A DNA stretch of 64,000 nucleotides, taken from Squalus acanthias (lineage: Eukaryota). Positions within the stretch are counted from its first letter, which is position 1; the number at the start of each line of letters is the position of its first letter. Both the position numbers and the translations under genes were made by a program. The DNA is taken from NCBI GenBank assembly GCA_030390025.1, contig JASTWF010000034.1, positions 6,014,001 to 6,078,000 on the forward strand, in the 5' to 3' direction. Below, piece by piece: positions 63,656 through 64,000 of this stretch. The notes beneath the pieces are model-generated. The model saw only the letters and a program-made list of their open reading frames with translations. It ran no database searches and was not told where the DNA came from.

Positions 63656-63862
63656 GCGAGAATTTAATGTTTCCAGAGAGTTTCATGGAGTATTGAGGTG
63701 CTTACAGCGTATTTATCTCATTGGTTAATATTTTAAGTGTTTTCCTTTGATCCCTTCGTTTTAATCCTTTGCTCCTTTTAATTATTCTTCCCCTCGGTCA
63801 AACACGATGACATGTTTGTCTGGGTAAGGTCACTCTTCTTCTTCTTCTTCTTCCATTTTCAG

Positions 63863-64000
63863 GCAAAAGAGAAATGAACTGAGAATGAAATTCCTGGATT
63901 GAGGTGGGAGCAGTGTAATCTAGGCGGCCCTGGGAATGAAATTCCTGGATTGAGGCAGGAGCAGTGTAATCTAGGCTGTGCCTGGGAATGAAATTCCTGG
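63863..64000 (+). pseudogene. Candidate phase-0 exon AKEK*TENEIPGLRWEQCNLGGPGNEIPGLRQEQCNLG..., with 51/52-bp internal repeats, running off the window
   Basis: Strong (ctt)n ccattttcag acceptor at 63862; 17-aa repeat; TGA at 63875 and a 52-bp second unit disrupt the frame. Confidence 0.45.

Noticed and set aside
63875..63877. In-frame TGA as selenocysteine or readthrough
   Set aside because: No SECIS visible; a nearby frameshift and a likely CGA>TGA change point to decay

Overview
This is eukaryotic, repeat-dominated vertebrate DNA, most likely from a cartilaginous fish (shark or ray). That assignment is inferred from the CR1/L2 LINE types, a Deu-SINE-like minisatellite and a GPR139-like exon. 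No intact protein-coding gene is complete in the window. Roughly half of it is decayed, often nested CR1 and L2 LINEs, and there are at least eight minisatellite or satellite families (30, 33, 38, 47, 52, 67, 75 and 85 bp). Embedded among them are four kinds of gene-derived piece. (1) An intron-containing PEX5 pseudogene fragment with exons at 6705-6740, 7044-7176, 8207-8314 and a duplicate at 9875-9983. (2) Five same-strand copies of a cassette made of promoter, non-coding exon, short intron and a 31-codon coding exon (about 8.5, 14.4, 23.7 partial, 24.6 and 36.4 kb); its phase-0 donor fits an acceptor and a 17-aa-repeat exon at 63863. (3) The first coding exon of a GPR139-like GPCR (48225-48405) with a triplicated splice donor. 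(4) Two orphan CpG-rich promoters. The region looks like a mosaic of segmental duplications joined at satellite cores. The best candidate for an undescribed system is the serial promoter/first-exon cassette array, although duplication debris is a strong alternative explanation.
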